Shown here in pieces: positions 38,390 through 51,997 of a stretch of DNA of 64,000 bases. The DNA is from the human T2T-CHM13v2.0 reference genome, Homo sapiens. A program made the translations under genes and the position numbers. The stretch's first letter is position 1. Each line of letters starts with the position of its first letter. The notes below the pieces were generated by a model. The model was not told the DNA's origin and did no database searches. It was given only the letters and a program-made list of their open reading frames with translations. Location of the stretch: NCBI RefSeq assembly GCF_009914755.1, contig NC_060926.1; one strand, 5' to 3'.

Positions 38390-40774
38390 TATTTCTTTCT
38401 TTATGAAAAAAAGTAAGAGTAAATTGTGATCAAATACTACAATGCTACTGCGGTGTGATTCCTGAATGGTAAAAACCTTACCATGCTTTGTTTCTCCATC
38501 AGATGCCTTGCTCCTCACTACTGCCAAGGAGATTACGCCTAAGACTGATGGTACAAGTCTTTTCTTTAAAACAAACAAACAAAAAAACACAACAACAACA
38601 AAAAAAACAGGCAGGGGGTGGGGGATTCAGAGTCCTTTACTGTGAGGTCAAGAATAATTCCTAGCCATGGAAAATAATCTCTAATGATGCTATAAACAGA
38701 CAGCTCACCAAATCAATCAGAAAACATTCTCAGTATCATTCTCAGTCTGTCAAGAACAGAAAACCTAACTCCTGCAGGCTTTACTGTGAAATGCTTAGAA
38801 CTCTGTCCTGATTGGAGAACATGGCCCCTTGTGATGGACAGGCAGGCGGCGGCCAAAGCCCAGAACCCAGCATTAGCCAAAGGAGGCATCAAGCTGAAGT
38901 CTCGGGTGAGTTCATTTCAAAGTCAAGGGCAAGGCCACCCTGGCAGCAAATTCTTCTGGCTACTCAAATTCGAATATTGCAGAACTAGCACTAGAGTTGC
39001 CAAGCTATAAAACACGAGCAGAGAGAGGAGGCCCTTCCACAGGAATCCAGATTAGCAAAACCCCTTGCTCTCTTCATCAAAACTCAGATAAGTTAGCTGA
39101 AAACCTGGGGACGGAACAGCTTCCCCCAGGAAGGAGAATCCACGTGGGGCCATGACCAAGCACTCCAAACACTGCAGCGGGCGCTGCCCCTCTTCCAGCG
39201 ACACAGTGGGAGCAGCCCAGCCATCCAGTGACTTTTTGTGGACATGGCCCAGCCCCTCAACCCTCGAGCCAGGACCCAGTCCAAGAGCACAGCACCCTCC
39301 ACTCTCCCTGGGCCTGAGCATGGCACCAATGTGCTTCACGCAGAGCGTTTCGTGGGCGCACCCCTGCAGGAAGAACCATCGCTGCTCAAGGCAGTCATCT
39401 AAGAACTGCTCACTCTTGAGAAGGGCAGGTCATCTTACTCCTCCCCAAAAGAGTCTCTCAAGTTAGGCTCTCACCCATAGGAGGGACTTGCTGGGCGTGC
39501 GGGGAATGGCATTGTGGTGACAGCCCCAAGCAGGGGGCCACACAGGCTCAGGCCCGGAGCACCTTGGCAGGGAGAGGAAAGGTGTGGGCACTGCCTGGGC
39601 ACTCTGCATGCTGGGCTGGGCGTCACCCCTGCCACCTCGGGAGTCCTCAAACCCCCCCCGGGTGGGAGAGGTCATCACCTCCGCGTACTGAACAGAAGCC
39701 CAGCTCAGGGTTCAGGGTGGGCCCCTGGATTCAAAGTGGCAACAGAGCCTGACTCCAGCCTCAGGGCGTGAGGCACCTGGCCCTGGCCTGTTCCCATCCC
39801 ACACCCGGCTGCTCAGGCCTGGGGACAGGAGGGCACAGGGACAGGCCTGGAGGACAAGGTCCCTGGAATCCCCGACAGCTTGACAATGTGAAATAAGTTT
39901 CGCTTCCTTTTTATCTACGCTCCCGGATTGACTTGTCCTCCTCTGATGCCTGGTTCCTCTGCCATCAAGACCCGCCGTCTGGTGTGAAGGGAAACGTCCC
40001 TCACCCTTCTGCAGTCGCCACCGAGCACTCGTGGTGTGGCCCACAGGGCATCCTGCGAGAGCGTCACAAGCACCCCACGAACAAGACACGGCAGCGTGCT
40101 TCCTCGATCTCCCCGCTCCTTTCTCGGGACAGCCTGTGGCTTGTTCTCCCTTAAGAATCCTCTCATCAATGTTACGTTGTCAGCTTTCTCTGTTTTCTTT
40201 CTTTCTTTTTTTTTTTTAATTCACAATTGAGGAAACCAACAGGTTGAGCTGCTGCCTCAAGTAAAAAATTCAAGTCAGCCCTGATGCTGTCCATGTTTTT
40301 TGTAAAACTTGCTCACTTGTAAACAACGTCGGGCAGCAACTGCAGGCCTCACCCCTCACTCTTCAAAAGCGACTGCGACAGCTGCATCCCCCGTGCTCAA
40401 CTGCAGGGCGCGGCACTCGCCTATGCTCTCATGAAGCCCCGTGCCAAGGGCTTCTCCGGGACCCCAGATACCCACCAGACCCTACAGGCCTGCCCCGTGG
40501 CCCTGGGAATGCTTGGCACCAAGGTCCCACTTCCCACCTCAGTCAAGCACCTGCCTCCCAGGCCTCACCAGTCTTCATCTCAGCCCGCCAGGTCCTCTCG
40601 AGCCCCTGGAGTGCCCTGTGAGCCACAGCTTATAAAGCAGATAGGACCAGCTCTGCATCAGACCCCTGTGTGCAGGCCCAGCTCCCCGACCCGTAAGCAG
40701 TTGACCTCAGACCAGCTGCTTAACCTCTCTGAGTCAGCTTTCTTACCTATAAATGAGGATAAAAGCAGGATATT

Positions 40775-40900
40775 CACAAAGCCCAGAGCTAGAATGCCTC
40801 AAGCAGTGTGAGCTCGGGGAAGAAGTCCACACAGGACACAAAGCCCAGAGCTGGGAAGGCCTCAAGCAGTGTGAGCTCGGGGGAAGGAGTCCACACAGGA
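40775..40900. repeat. ~62-bp tandem duplication inside a MIR fragment (~40690-40990)
   Basis: cacaaagcccagagct...gcctcaagcagtgtgagctcgggg...gtccacacagga occurs twice, starting at 40775 and 40837. Confidence 0.8.
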
Positions 40901-42070
40901 GCAGTACCTGTTGCAATATTTTTATTACATGCTGGGAAGATTAAATGAGATAAGCCGTGTAAACACCAGGCACATAGAAAGCATGAAATGATACCAGGTG
41001 GTGGCATGGTGTTACTTTCATTATTAATAATTTGAAAAAGCAGATTAACAGCTCAGGCCCTGCTGAACTCAGAGCCCCCATGAGGATAGAGGCTATAACG
41101 TAACAGACATGAAACGTCCTGAAAGCTCCACGTGCAAAGTGAGTTGCTTATGCCTGCGTAAACTTCTTGTTCTTCAAAAGATATGCTGTTTTTAAAAGGG
41201 ACTGACTGGTGAAAAAACCTCACACACAAGGCAGTGCCCCTTTGCCAGGTCCTGTAAACACTACCGTGTCCTGCCCTCGGCTCCTGGGGTCAGGAGCTCT
41301 CAACGAAGGTGTGACCCTTGTGCCCAGCGTGCAGACTCCAGGGGTAACTGCTTGCTTCTGAATCTCCTTAATGGAGCTTAGGAATGACACGCTATGGACG
41401 CTGACTGTCCAAGCAGAAACAAGGCCCCCTTGGGGGCTTTCTAAAGTTAGTAAATACATGTATATATAATATATATACACACACATAGGAGAACGCGAAT
41501 GACTGGGCACCCAGGGTCTCTGTGGGGAGCCACATGGCCCAGCAGAGAACACAGTGAGCATCACAGAGTCCAGCCGTCCCCTCCCCACGTCAATAGGACA
41601 GTCCCGCGCTTTCTTCCAGCCGGCCTGGGGCATGTCAGGAGGCAGGGCCTGTACTGCAGGCTCTGTGTTCTTAGACAGCCTTTGCAGGGGGCAGAGGTGC
41701 CCACTGCCACATGGGCACACACAGGAGGCTCACCACGTTTCTTCAAATGCAGATGACAAAGCAGCTTGAGTAACACAAATACGGCCACACTCATCTGAGG
41801 ATTGCTGCTGTGTTTTCTAACTGCATGGCCATGACCAAGCAGTCGGTTTTCATCCAGGTTGGTAGTCAGGTTTCTGAAAGCGATGGCAGTCGCCTCAGGG
41901 CTGACACGGGGAGTCTGCTTGGCACACCTTCACCCTCGTTACATTTTCTGGACAATGGTAGGGAACATTCCTTACTCCGCTGGCCTGTCAGCTTGGCTAA
42001 GCCTGGTGCAAGTGGCTCGCTGTGGGTCCGCGGCTCCATTACGGGGGAGTCTGGGTCATCTGTGAGCCCA

Positions 42071-42154
42071 ACAGCGCCCTGCAGGCACAGACAGCCCTGG
42101 CTTCTGCCTCTTTCTTTGTGGAAGCCACTCTGTCAGGCCTGGGATGGAGGGGCA
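42071..42154 (+). ncRNA. MIR4269: microRNA precursor hsa-mir-4269 (mature GCAGGCACAGACAGCCCUGGC at 42081-42101)
   Basis: ACAGCGCCCTGCAGGCACAGACAGCCCTGGCTTCTGCC...GGGATGGAGGGGCA matches the recalled miRBase stem-loop. Pairing is visible in the sequence: CAGGC/GCCTG, GACAG/CTGTC and TGGCTTC/GAAGCCA around a pyrimidine-rich loop. Confidence 0.9.
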
Positions 42155-45100
42155 AGAGGCTTTCAAATTTTTCCTTATTGTTGTATATTTTTTAAAAAAC
42201 TATTTATTTTAATGGTGAAATAAGTTCTAAAAGTTTCTGGACTTGTAGGTAAATGAATAAGAACTGAGTGTGGTTTTTAATCATGTTCACATTATTGGTG
42301 ACGGTGCGGCTTAGTTTCATTTAGTGACTAAATTCTAGCCATCCCTAGACTGATGGCCACGAAACGTGTATTTCGAGTTGAAATACATTTATTTAACACA
42401 CATGCACACACAATTACACGTGCACACAGGAAGCTTTAGCAAGTACTTCTCTGACCCCATTCCCTAAACACGACTGGGAACGAGGCTGCCGCTGCCCACA
42501 CGGGCCCTGAATCTGACAGCATTCAAGGAGACCACGGAGGAACCGTGACAAAGAGCTGGTAGCCACCGGCATTTCAGATGAATGCAGCACCCTGGGCAAG
42601 CACAGTGTCTGCGTCTCCCCCACGCTGAAATGATTCCTAGTGTCCTAGACTGCCTGGCTTCACATGAGAAACACTCTGCTTAAGTAACTACTTCATCACT
42701 CAAGGTCCCAAAGAATGCTGCCCACCTCGGTCAGCCTTGCTTCTAGAAACCGAGGATTCTGGGTTTGGAGGCACCCCAGCTCTTCCCTGGGAAGTCATTT
42801 TCCTGAATAGATCTGACTTCCACTTATTTTCCTATCATTTCCCATCTTTTCATACATTTAGAAGGCAAAAAAAGTTCATCTTTCTAGTGATTCCAGGAGC
42901 TCCCTGGCCCATCCACAGGTGGGTGAGCTCCCACCCAGGTCCAGCAAGTCAGTGACTACAACAGAGGACACAGCCTTCCAGTGGACACGAGGACCTCAGA
43001 GGCCACCTGGCCAGGCCCCATCCACGGATGTGTCCCTGCCCAGGTGCCAGCAAGGACTGACTAATACCTGACCCAGGGCCAAGCTATCCTGTGTCCCATA
43101 CTCGGCCCGTAGAGCCATCAAATCATCTGGGCCCCGACACACTCGTTTCGTACCTTTCCCGGTCATGATACAAAACATAAGCTGGAAAGGGTGCTCTTCA
43201 CCTAAACAAGGTCAAACACAGGCACTACATCAGGCACCCCATGTTCCCCCTATATGCCCCCCACACTGCCCAGGTGATGGCAGAACCCAGGTCCTCGGGC
43301 GCAGAGCATCCAGGGCCCAGGGCCCACAGGGTTTTACATGGTGAAAAGGGGTAGGGGGTGAATGCTAAGGGGCGAAGGCAGGACCCCACCCCAGCCAACA
43401 ACCGGGAGACCCTGGCCTGGTTTCCCACACACCCCCGAGGAGCCAGACAGGATCGAGAGAACCTTCTGGAAGGAGCTGCAGGGATGCATGGGGGCGTTCA
43501 GGAATGTCCAAGGAGGGCCTGAGCCTCCCGTGTGCACCTCCCCAAGGGCGCCTGCACCCTGGGCCCAGGGTAACCCAGAAGCAGCAGGAGCCGCAGGACC
43601 ATAGGGGCCACCGGCAGGGTGGGTGATGCCATCCTTCCCACTCTCGCCCTCCGGCCTTCATTCAGCACTCTGGTGAGCCCAGAGGCCCGAGTCGTCCGGA
43701 TGGCCCATCTCAGGCCACACCCTCCAGCTCTGTGCCTGCCGTCCATCCTGGGTGCCCACGAGGGGTCTGGAAACCCTGACAGGGAGGGAGAAGAGAGCCC
43801 TGGGCACAAAGCCCAGGGCCTGGGGCAGGCTCCGTGCCCCAATGGTCATCCTCAGATGAGTGGGGGCTGTGCTCAGGACCCTCAGGGGACCATGGGCTAC
43901 TTTCAGAAACAAGAGGGTGTTCTGTTTAGAAGCAGAGAGCCGAGGAGCCGGAGGCCCCAACACAAGAGCGGCTCTCCGTGATGCCCAGAGGCGGCCACTG
44001 GGCCCCAGGAGAGAGGGGCTTGAAGGATGGGTACCCCAAGCTGTCAAAAGACCAAGTGGCTACAAAAGGGAACCCCCCTCCCACCACTAATCAGGGACCT
44101 GCCAGAGATACGAGGGCCCAGTGGTCACTAAGGCCCATCTCTGCAGCTCCGTCCTCTCACCTAGATAAAGTGAGTGTCTGCTTCCTGGACCTCGCAGACT
44201 CACCAGGGACCCTAAACTTGGTTTTCCAAATAGCCAAACGACAACTCCTGCTCAAGAAAACGCATGCAAGAGAAGCCCTCCTCACTCAGATGACGTTCTC
44301 ATGACCGCACTTGGTCTAAGCAAATGCTGCTGGGATGATTTTCTTCAAGTTCTCTTTTAGAACAAGCAAAATGGAATGAGGATGTCGGAGTGTTTCGTGC
44401 TTTCTTTCCAGAGGGTTTCCCAGCCTGAAACGCCACCCCACAGCCACTGTGGATTTGGGGACTGTCACACACGTCTCCACGCACCCCGAGCCACATCACG
44501 TTTTGCCACTATCTCAGAATTCCTGATCTCCACCTGAAAACGGAACACAAGGCCCGGCAGCAACAGCCAGCAAAGTGTCCCCATCCCCCCCAAAGTGAGC
44601 GGCCACACAGCAATGAGTGGCCACACAGCAACGAGCTGCGAGGAGCCAAGGATGGCCCATCCCACCCCCAACGGTGAGAGCCGGGCCCATCACAAGCCCT
44701 CTCTGGGCCTTGTCACTCACCCTTCCTACACCCCATCACTCACCCTCCCTGGGCCCCAGCTTCCTCATCTGTGAGATGGGGGTGGTCAGCGTGCAGGAAG
44801 CCCTCCTTGACGATGAGCTATCAGCTTAGGGACAAGAGAGCTAGAGACCCGGGGGGGAGTCCACTGCCTTGGGGACACGAGGGAGCCAGGGTCACTTTCT
44901 TCCTCATCAAGCTGGCCCCCTGGTGACACGGGACAAGAGGATAACCTGCTTGGTACTCAGCAACAGGCTTTCCTAATAAGAATTCCACACTTCCATGAGG
45001 CTGTAATCAACTTGGGAGTGAGGAGTTCCTTAGCTTCCTGTTTTCAGAGAGTCTTCTTAGCAAAGTGAGGAATCTGCAGATCTCTCTGAAAGATCAGCTA

Positions 45101-45695
45101 CCAAAGGAAAATAACAATAATGAAGATATCGTTGGTGGAATACATAACCTCCATCCACAGCCAGATACTGCTTCCGGAACCACACTTCGTATCCAGGTGA
45201 GCTCGTTTTTTGTATTTCAAAAGCACAAAGATCTATGTTCATGGTGTAGTCCAGGCAGAGTGTGGTTAACAGGCCTCCGGGTGTCCCCCCCTTCCAGCCC
45301 AGTGCAGGGGTTCAGCCGCTGCAGAAACTCCGAATCTGCTAACGTGAAGTGCCAAGACTGCTGTCCGCCAGCGCCCTCACTCCCCCAGGGCCTGTACCTG
45401 TAGCAGGAGGCTCACGTTCCGAGTCCTCATTGCTCCCAGACCCAAGGGCAAGGCTGTCACAGGCGAAAGACGGGTTCCCCTTCCTCTACACCCAAGCCCT
45501 CGGAAGCACGCTGCAGGCCCCTGGAGGTGCCACAGTGCTCCCAGCTCCCCCAGAGGCTGAGTTCAAACATTCTAAACGGATTCTTGATAACAAGCCGCCG
45601 GCTCGCTGGAAGACACTGAGCAGTTACATAACAGCACAGAAAATCCCTTACAAGTTTCTTAAAAAAGAGTTAATCGTACTGACTTGGTGCTTTAC

Positions 45696-45870
45696 CTTCA
45701 GCCCAGACTTTCGCTTAATCCCGGAAACTGCTCCAAAGGCGTTTTTCTCAGGGCGTTCGGCGCCGTAACTCAGGAGAAACCCAAGTCCTGCTCTCCCGGC
45801 GGCCTCGCTGGGGAAGAATTCAGCCGCTCCACCCTGACATCTGGTTTCTATTTCATATCCATGTTGTCAC
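45696..45870 (-). promoter_or_regulatory. CpG-enriched candidate internal promoter or non-coding first exon ending GAAG|gtaaag
   Basis: Local CpG cluster (ggcgttcggcgccg, cccggcggcctcg), an ETS-like CCGGAAA and a minus-strand donor at 45695. An in-frame TAA just upstream of the donor implies a non-coding exon. Confidence 0.3.
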
Positions 45871-48800
45871 ATTACATAACAAGCAGATGATACGAGAGAT
45901 CACCACAGTGTTTCGGCTCGAGAGTCACAAAGAACGCCCAGAACACTGTTTATATTGGGGGCCATGAACGTTCACCAAACCAGACTTAGTGCAGAGGCTG
46001 CACCCTTCCAGGCTGAAACCCAGCACCTACAGCAAATGCCCAAGGAAGCAAGAAGCGGGACCCCGCCTTCTCAGCCACCTCTCACTAACACTCAGCTCCA
46101 CTCCTGCTTCCTTCCTCTCACTCCACATCCGAGTTAGAGGGAAATACGATTTATCTCTGGCCTGCATTTACTTCTCCTGCACCTGGCGGGAGGCTCTGGC
46201 CTTGCAGGCGTGCAGGAGCCCCTGCCAGTGAGGGCCAGCGAGGGGCCCAGGGAGAAGATGGAGGTCAAGTCATAGGGCCTCCACCGCAGGCAGAGCTCCG
46301 CCAGCAAGTATCCTGGGAGCTGGGGGGCCTCAAGGGAGGCAATCCCCCCACACACCATCCCCTTCCCCTTCGCTCATCTGGGGAAGCTGTGAGGACTGGT
46401 GTTGATAAAACATTCCAACCACACACTCAGACCATGGATGTGGCCGTGCCAGCAGGGAGGCCAGCAGCCCCTAGCAGAAGGGTGTTCTGGAAGCTGCCCC
46501 CTCCCATGCTGCTGCCTGGTCCCATGGGGCATGAAGGGAGGGTGGCCAGGGTGGCCCGAGCCAGCATCAGGCACAAGGCCCAAGGAGTTTCTCCAGAGCA
46601 GCCTGTCCTCTTCGGTCCAGAAAAAGTCAGATTCCACAGCAGGGTTAGCCGTCCAGTTAGGGAACCCACTAAGGGGCTCTGTGCGTAGAGGTGCTCAGAA
46701 TCAAACCACTAAACCCCAGGACCCCCTGCTGGGGGAATGGTCCGTGGCAGTCATTCAGCCTTGGAGTGAACCGTTCTGCCCAAGTGCAAGTGAGAACACA
46801 ATACTTCTTATTATATACAGAATTGCCAAAGCCAACGTGATTAGTAGAAAAACCGACATGTCAGTGACTTGGGGGTCTGGTTTGCCCCAGATGTGGGTGG
46901 AAACCCCAGGCGTCCCTCAAGCCTGGTCCAGAGCTCCACAGACAGCAGATACACAAACTCTGAGTGACAGCATTGGTGTTTAGCAGATTCTGGATTTTGC
47001 TCCCCCCCGAACCAAGTATAGAGAATGTTTCACAGAGTAGCTTCAACAGAAAATGGCCACAGTGTGTCTGTGAGAGAGTGTGATGTTCCCGGGGGGATGG
47101 CTGGGGCCAAGGGAAGGCCCCTCCCATGAGCCCTGCCTCCATGAGACTGCGTAGGGCAGGACTGCCAGGCAGAAAGAACACAGCACAGGCACAAGGGCAG
47201 ACCCAGGCTGGCAGGGCTAAATGGCTTCAGGAGCTCCCCCCTCTGCCCCCCAGGGAGTAAAGGCAATGATGCAAATATGATAAGCAAACAGAGGTCCCAA
47301 AACACAGAAAGGGCCAGGACCCTGATGCCAACCAAGCAGACCCAAAACTGGGTCTGGGAGCACAGGGCAGGGTCGCTGAGTGCAGAGGGGCCTCACTCAA
47401 TGTCCAACACTTCCCTCCAAAACAGACATGCTGGTGAGAGGCTTCAACCCTTCCACTGGCCTGACACCTGGATCTCTGCTGCCCTGTGCCAGGTTAGCCA
47501 CGTCCAACACCACCACGGCCACCGGCCATTTAAGAAAACGAACCCTGACGTTAACCTGCTTGAGCCCTAATACTAAGCAAGAGCAGCGCCACAATTCCAA
47601 AACTGCAGAGAGCGCCTTTTAAACATTCTGCTGAGATCTGCGCGGTCGCGGTCTGACAGGCAGGCCTTCTTGGCTACCTGTGGTTTCATTCCAGCATTAA
47701 CAGGCACCTAAAAGGCCTGTGAGCTTTTGTGGGGTCAAGCAGCATCAGCTCCACTTTATAACCCCGCAGAGTGAGGTGTTAGCTCTGCAGCTCCAGGGCA
47801 GAGCCTTGCAGCCTTAGGGCCAGGGGGACGGCCTGGCCCCTTCCGAGCTCTCAGCAGCCTGAACTCCACGTGTCCCCTGCTGTGTCACTGGCATGCTGGT
47901 CTTGCATGGCACTGAGATGTGTGGCACAAGCAGGCACCAAGCCCGGAGACACCCGACGCTCACCGTTAGACTGGGTAGCATTTGTCAAGCGCCGAGCAAA
48001 CAGTGGATGAAGTGTCCTCAGCCGGCGTCAGCTGTTCTGATACGCAGAACACATAACTCCTGGCACTCCTTTCCAAGCATCCGGGAAATGTAGAATCCAA
48101 GTGTTACACCATCCAGTTGAAGATGACAGATTTACGATATAAAACGGCACCCGCGACTGAGGACTTTGTAGGAATGGAGGCCGCTGTCATTATTTCATGG
48201 GTGAGGGGGAGAGGGACACTGTGACCCATGACAGGAAAGGACAGCTCAGCCCCTCCAAAACCACACACAGGGGACTCCGTTTCTCACAAAACTTCAAGTT
48301 TCTGTTCTACGCAAACATTACAACACATTTTAAACTACATTCTGACACGAAGCTCCCGTGCTTTTTAATGGCAGGTGTTACAATGATCATGGAACAGTGA
48401 TGGGGCGGTGCTTCCTCACGGTGACATGGCAGGGAGAAGTCTGGACCGGAGCCAGCAGGGTCCTTGACCTAAGAGGCCTTGGGCAGCCCACGGGGCAGCT
48501 CTGAGCAATCTCCTGTGAAAGGAAGAGCTCAGAACGGGTTCCTCTAAAGGTTCCTTCCAGAGCAGGGGTTCTGTGGTTCCCTGGGGCCCTAGACTAACAT
48601 GAGGAAGGGGAAACAGAGAAGAATGCCCACTAAAAGCCTTACCCAAAAATTGAAAGCCAAGAAAAATCACACCAGATCATCTCAGTTTAGACTTGAGGAA
48701 CCTCGGCGCTGACATCACTGTCACCATCACAAAACACTGGCCACCAAGGTGCCACCTACCACACTGCAACCTGGAAGGAGGGGCGGGCAGGGGCACCCCT

Positions 48801-51406
48801 GGGCAGGGCAGGACACCAGGCCAGCCAGCCACCCACGCTACAGAGGAAATGCAGCCCCTCCCAACTAAGAGAACCCTGGTACCATCACCACAGCCTTGGT
48901 GCCAGGGCTCCTAGCACCTGACAGGGAAGATGAGAAGGACATTGGCTGCCGCCAAGAGGCCTGCTGCCCACCCCCAACTGCACGGTGGTGGTGCTGCCAG
49001 CACCACCATCCATGCTGGCCCAGGAGCCCACACGCAGGGCACGCACGCACGTAGTTCCACATTAGGCCCTTTCTTCCTCAATTGTTGGAAAGAAGGCCAA
49101 AGCCAGATGATGGTGAAATTCACGAGGAAAATGTCCCCGACTGTCCTCCATTCTAAAGCAAACGCTAAGAATGGGCTGCTGGGCTTCAGCAGAAGCCAAG
49201 TCACCTTTCCTCTATGCGTCCAATGAAACGAAAACATCCACACTTGTCTTTATAAAAACGGAAAACTGCATCTGGAACAAGGTCTGTGGCGTTTCTTCCA
49301 GCGTGTCCCATGGACATGAAGTTGGTCTTCCTATGGGTCCTCCAAGGCACACCCCTCGACTGCACCACAGCACTGAGGGCAGAATGTGGTGGTGGCCCAG
49401 CTGCCATGGCGCCGGCAGACTAGCCTGGTACACGGAGAGGGGAGCCTGCTGACTGTGGGTAGGCCACGTTCCCCCAGTGTCTTCATCTGCAGAGGGAGAC
49501 CGGGAGCCTCTGAAGACCGCTCCAGCTCTGCACTGTGGGGGCGGCCGGCCAGCAGGCAGGCAATGCTCTCAGGCCCCATGCTCCTCTCACTGGCTGCCGA
49601 CGGGAGGCAGACGAGGTGCCGGGGGCAGCCTGCAGAGCAAGGAGTCAAGGTGGCCAGCCTGGGGCAGGGTGTTCCCCCAGCCAGGGAGCTTCACTCAGGC
49701 TTGGGCTCTGTCCCGTGCCTCCCCGGGGGCGTTCCGAGGTGGCGGAGGAGGAAGCTGCAGCCCGTTATCCACCGCCCAGTCTCTCCCTCTCACCAGCACA
49801 CAGATGTTCTCAGCGGCAGAGCCTGGCTTCTGCCTGAATTCATTTCATATTTTTAAATATGCTCTTAATGGAAAGCAACAAAAGTACTTAACAAAATGCG
49901 CTGATGTAAATGTCCCTGCAGCAGCCAGGGACTAATTTTAGAAGGGGCTTTGAGGAGAAACCCAAGGGACACTCACTTGCTGGAAACGGCCTCCTCCCCA
50001 AAGAGTGTGAGGATCTGGATTAGAACCAAGTATCCCCAGGCTGCCCAGGAGCCCGCTCCTCCAATTGGGGGCTGGCCATCCCACCGAGCACTGATACCGC
50101 AGGCTGGACTCTTCCTAACCTCACGAGAGGTGATGACCGGAATCATCCCAGTTTTCCATGGCACTTCGCAAACACAGCTGGTCAGGCCCTTAGCACCTCC
50201 TGACCCCCCGATCTCCCAGACTCTCTGCTGGAAGTTAAGGACACAGAGAAAGTTTCTTATGAAAATAAGCGCCTCAAAAGAAAGCCAACGTACAGCACTG
50301 GTGACAGAAAGGAAGATTCAGAAAAGCCTTCACGCCTGGCAATATGGCACACGCACTTTTAGAGACGTCTAATTATACTCAGGGCTGAGTTGGCTGAAGA
50401 GTGAGGAATATACTCCAAAGACAGGAATTCAAGGCAGGGCAAATAGAACATGAAAGCCAGCCTGGAGCCCAGGGCCTGTCCTGGGGCAGCCACCTGCACT
50501 GCCTCTTACCACTGCACCGTCCCTGTGAGTGTGCGTGGGGAGGGGCTGTAGTTCCCTTGGCAGGGGAAGCCAGAAGACAGGCCTGCAAGGGACACATCCG
50601 GGCCTGGGCTTGGTGCTGGCTAGAAGGGGTCAAATCGAGAGAGGACTCCCCTCAGAACTCATAATCCCAGACCCCTCGCAATGGTTTGGGGAGAATTCAG
50701 ACAACCCATGAGGCCTGATGAGCATCCCTAGCACCTGCAAACACAGGCATGTCCCAGGTGGCACCTCCCAGCACCAGGCAGAAACCTTCTCTAGAGGAAC
50801 ACGCTATGAACCTCAAAAAAACATCCAAGAAGGACGGACATAAAGTCACAATCAAGAACCATGGGTAGCGGGAGTAAGTCCCGGAAAGACCTCAGTTGTA
50901 GGAAAATCAGGCACTGACCCAAAACACATACGAAGGACACTCGACAAAACAAGAGAGGTCATCCAGGGTCAGGCTGGAGCTAGAGGCCTCCAGATCCTGT
51001 CACTTAGTGACTGTACAAACCTGGTGGCTTCCTCAACCTCCCTGTGCCTTAGCTTCCCATTTGCCAAAAAGGGGGATTAGAAGAGCCCACACTCTCCCTG
51101 GAGCAAGGCTAAGGAAGAAAGGAGACAGATGTCTCAGCTGTTATTATTAATAACTATCAGAAGTGTCACATGGATCTGAATGATCCAAATGGAACTTGTA
51201 GAAACAAAACTGTCATCATTAAAATTTAAAACTAAATGAGTGAGTTAACTAATCAAGTATTAATAGACAGAGCTGAAGAGAGAATTAGTGAACAGTAAAA
51301 TAGCACGGAAGAAATAAACCAGGATGCAACACATAAAGGTAAAGAGATAGAAAGCTGGAGACGTTAGAGGACTGGAAGGACAGAGGAAGATATGCTAACA
51401 CACATC

Positions 51407-51997
51407 TGTAAACCAAAAATAAAATTCTAAGCTCCCAACCATCTGAATGGACCCCTCCTCTCAAGCCAAGGGCATTCCAACATTAACCTGAAAAGCTAGT
51501 TCAGGTCGTGATGGGGACGGGCATCCAGATGTGCCTCATGATACCCTCCTCCCTTTTGGAATTGCTGATAGAACAGACTCTTTAAGTCTGATGAGAAACA
51601 TTTCAGTCTATTCTCTCTGAAGCCTGCTACCCGGAGGCTTCGTCGGCATGGTAAATCCTTGGTCTCCACAAACCCTTATCATAATCCAGACATTCCTTTG
51701 TGTTGATAATAACTCTTTCAACCAACTGCCAATCAGAACATTTTAAAATCTACCTATAATCTGAAAGCCTCACACTTCGAGTTGTTCCGCGTTTCTGGAC
51801 TGGACCAATGTTCATCTTCCACATACTGACAGACGCCTCATGTCTCCCTAAAAATGTATGAAACCAAGCTGTTCCCCGACCACCTTGGGCACATGTTGTC
51901 AGCACCTCTTGAGGCTGTGTCACAGGCACGTCCTTAAGCTTGGCTAAACAAACTTTTTAAATTGAGTGAGACCTGTCTCAGATACTTTTGGTTTACA
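51407..51997 (+). mobile_element. ERV1 solo LTR, MER4 family
   Basis: Starts TGTAAACCAAAAATAAAATTCTAAG and ends gatacttttggtttaCA; contains ccccgaccaccttgggcacatg; 4-bp flanks catc/cacc; inserted into an L1 ORF1 relic. Confidence 0.88.

Noticed and set aside
38482-38563. Exon-like segment ending ATG|GTAAGG
   Set aside because: Both candidate acceptors are AAG and give 82 or 77 nt (not 3n). No other support.
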